Below are positions 63,779-64,000 of a stretch of DNA of 64,000 nt, in pieces. The DNA comes from an uncultured Coriobacteriales bacterium (GTDB taxonomy: Bacteria; Actinomycetota; Coriobacteriia; Coriobacteriales; UMGS124). The position numbers and the translations under genes are program-made. The notes below the pieces were generated by a model. That model was given only the letters and a program-made list of their open reading frames with translations. It was not told the DNA's origin and did not search any database. The stretch covers positions 2,361 through 66,360 of the forward strand of contig CAKUFZ010000008.1 of assembly GCA_934654475.1 (NCBI GenBank). Reading direction: 5' to 3'. Every line of letters begins with the position of its first letter. The stretch's first letter is position 1.

Positions 63779-64000
63779 GTGAAAAGCCGGGTTGATTTGA
63801 CGGAACCGGAGCTGCAGGTCATGCAGGCTGTCTGGAATCAAGGTGAAGTTTCGGCAAAGGATGTCATTGCCTCGTTGTCACAAACTTCCTGTTACAGTTC
63901 AAGCACGGTTTACACGTTGATTTATCGCTGCATCAAGAAGGGCGCAATCGAACGAAAGGATCCAGGTTTCATCCTCATGCCGCTGGTGAGCCGCGAGGAG
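63779..64000 (+). CDS. BlaI/MecI/CopY-family transcriptional repressor (5' part, runs off the window)
   Basis: My translation gives VKSRVDLTEPELQVMQAVWNQGEVSAKDVIASLSQTSCYSSSTVYTLIYRCIKKGAIERKD... The GTG start follows GAGAGGGGA. Confidence 0.65.
   Translation, partial: MKSRVDLTEPELQVMQAVWNQGEVSAKDVIASLSQTSCYSSSTVYTLIYRCIKKGAIERKDPGFILMPLVSREE

Overview
This is a high-GC actinobacterial chromosome segment centred on the replication origin. Membrane-bound LuxR sensors next to Tat-exported flavoprotein and molybdopterin reductases suggest Coriobacteriia/Eggerthellaceae, but that is inference only. Left of about 6.1 kb the genes run on the minus strand: a GHKL/wHTH gene, then dnaA, dnaN, recF and a DUF721 gene. 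Right of it they run on the plus strand: rpmH, rnpA, yidD, yidC, jag, rsmG, parA and parB. An AT-rich repeat-laden spacer (6095..6478) is the probable oriC, and there are four parS-like sites. Housekeeping genes follow: rlmN, ddl, a DinG-exonuclease fusion, a PafBC-like WYL pair, two TrkA paralogs, yqeY, sortase B, purF/M/N, an rRNA methyltransferase, and lysC-asd. Three visibly lower-GC patches interrupt this. The first is a 66-bp tandem array (9.0-9.5 kb). The second is an islet between tRNA-Lys and tRNA-Gly (28.2-32.1 kb), holding a truncated type ISP restriction enzyme tail, an AlbA_2/wHTH protein and striking palindromes. The third is an island from 58.3 kb to the window end, holding two ATPase plus PD-(D/E)xK-like proteins, a Fic protein, 23-bp iterons and a BlaI-like repressor. 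The 41.5-58.1 kb region is an accessory respiratory block: a membrane LuxR regulator, two Tat flavoprotein reductases, a FecCD-type ABC importer, an acidic unknown protein, a Tat molybdopterin oxidoreductase with its 4Fe-4S subunit and TorD-like chaperone, and a second membrane LuxR regulator. The most unusual items are these. (1) A GHKL-ATPase / prion-like-linker / wHTH gene is translationally coupled to dnaA at the origin. (2) A TTTCAAC repeat family populates the origin and the dnaA ORF, and DnaA itself has a non-canonical DNA-binding signature. (3) Tandem nested hairpins with compensatory stem changes lie inside the molybdoenzyme operon. (4) The LuxR plus two-reductase cassette is bracketed by a duplicated terminator. 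No similarity search, HMM or folding program was available, so all family calls rest on motifs read by eye.
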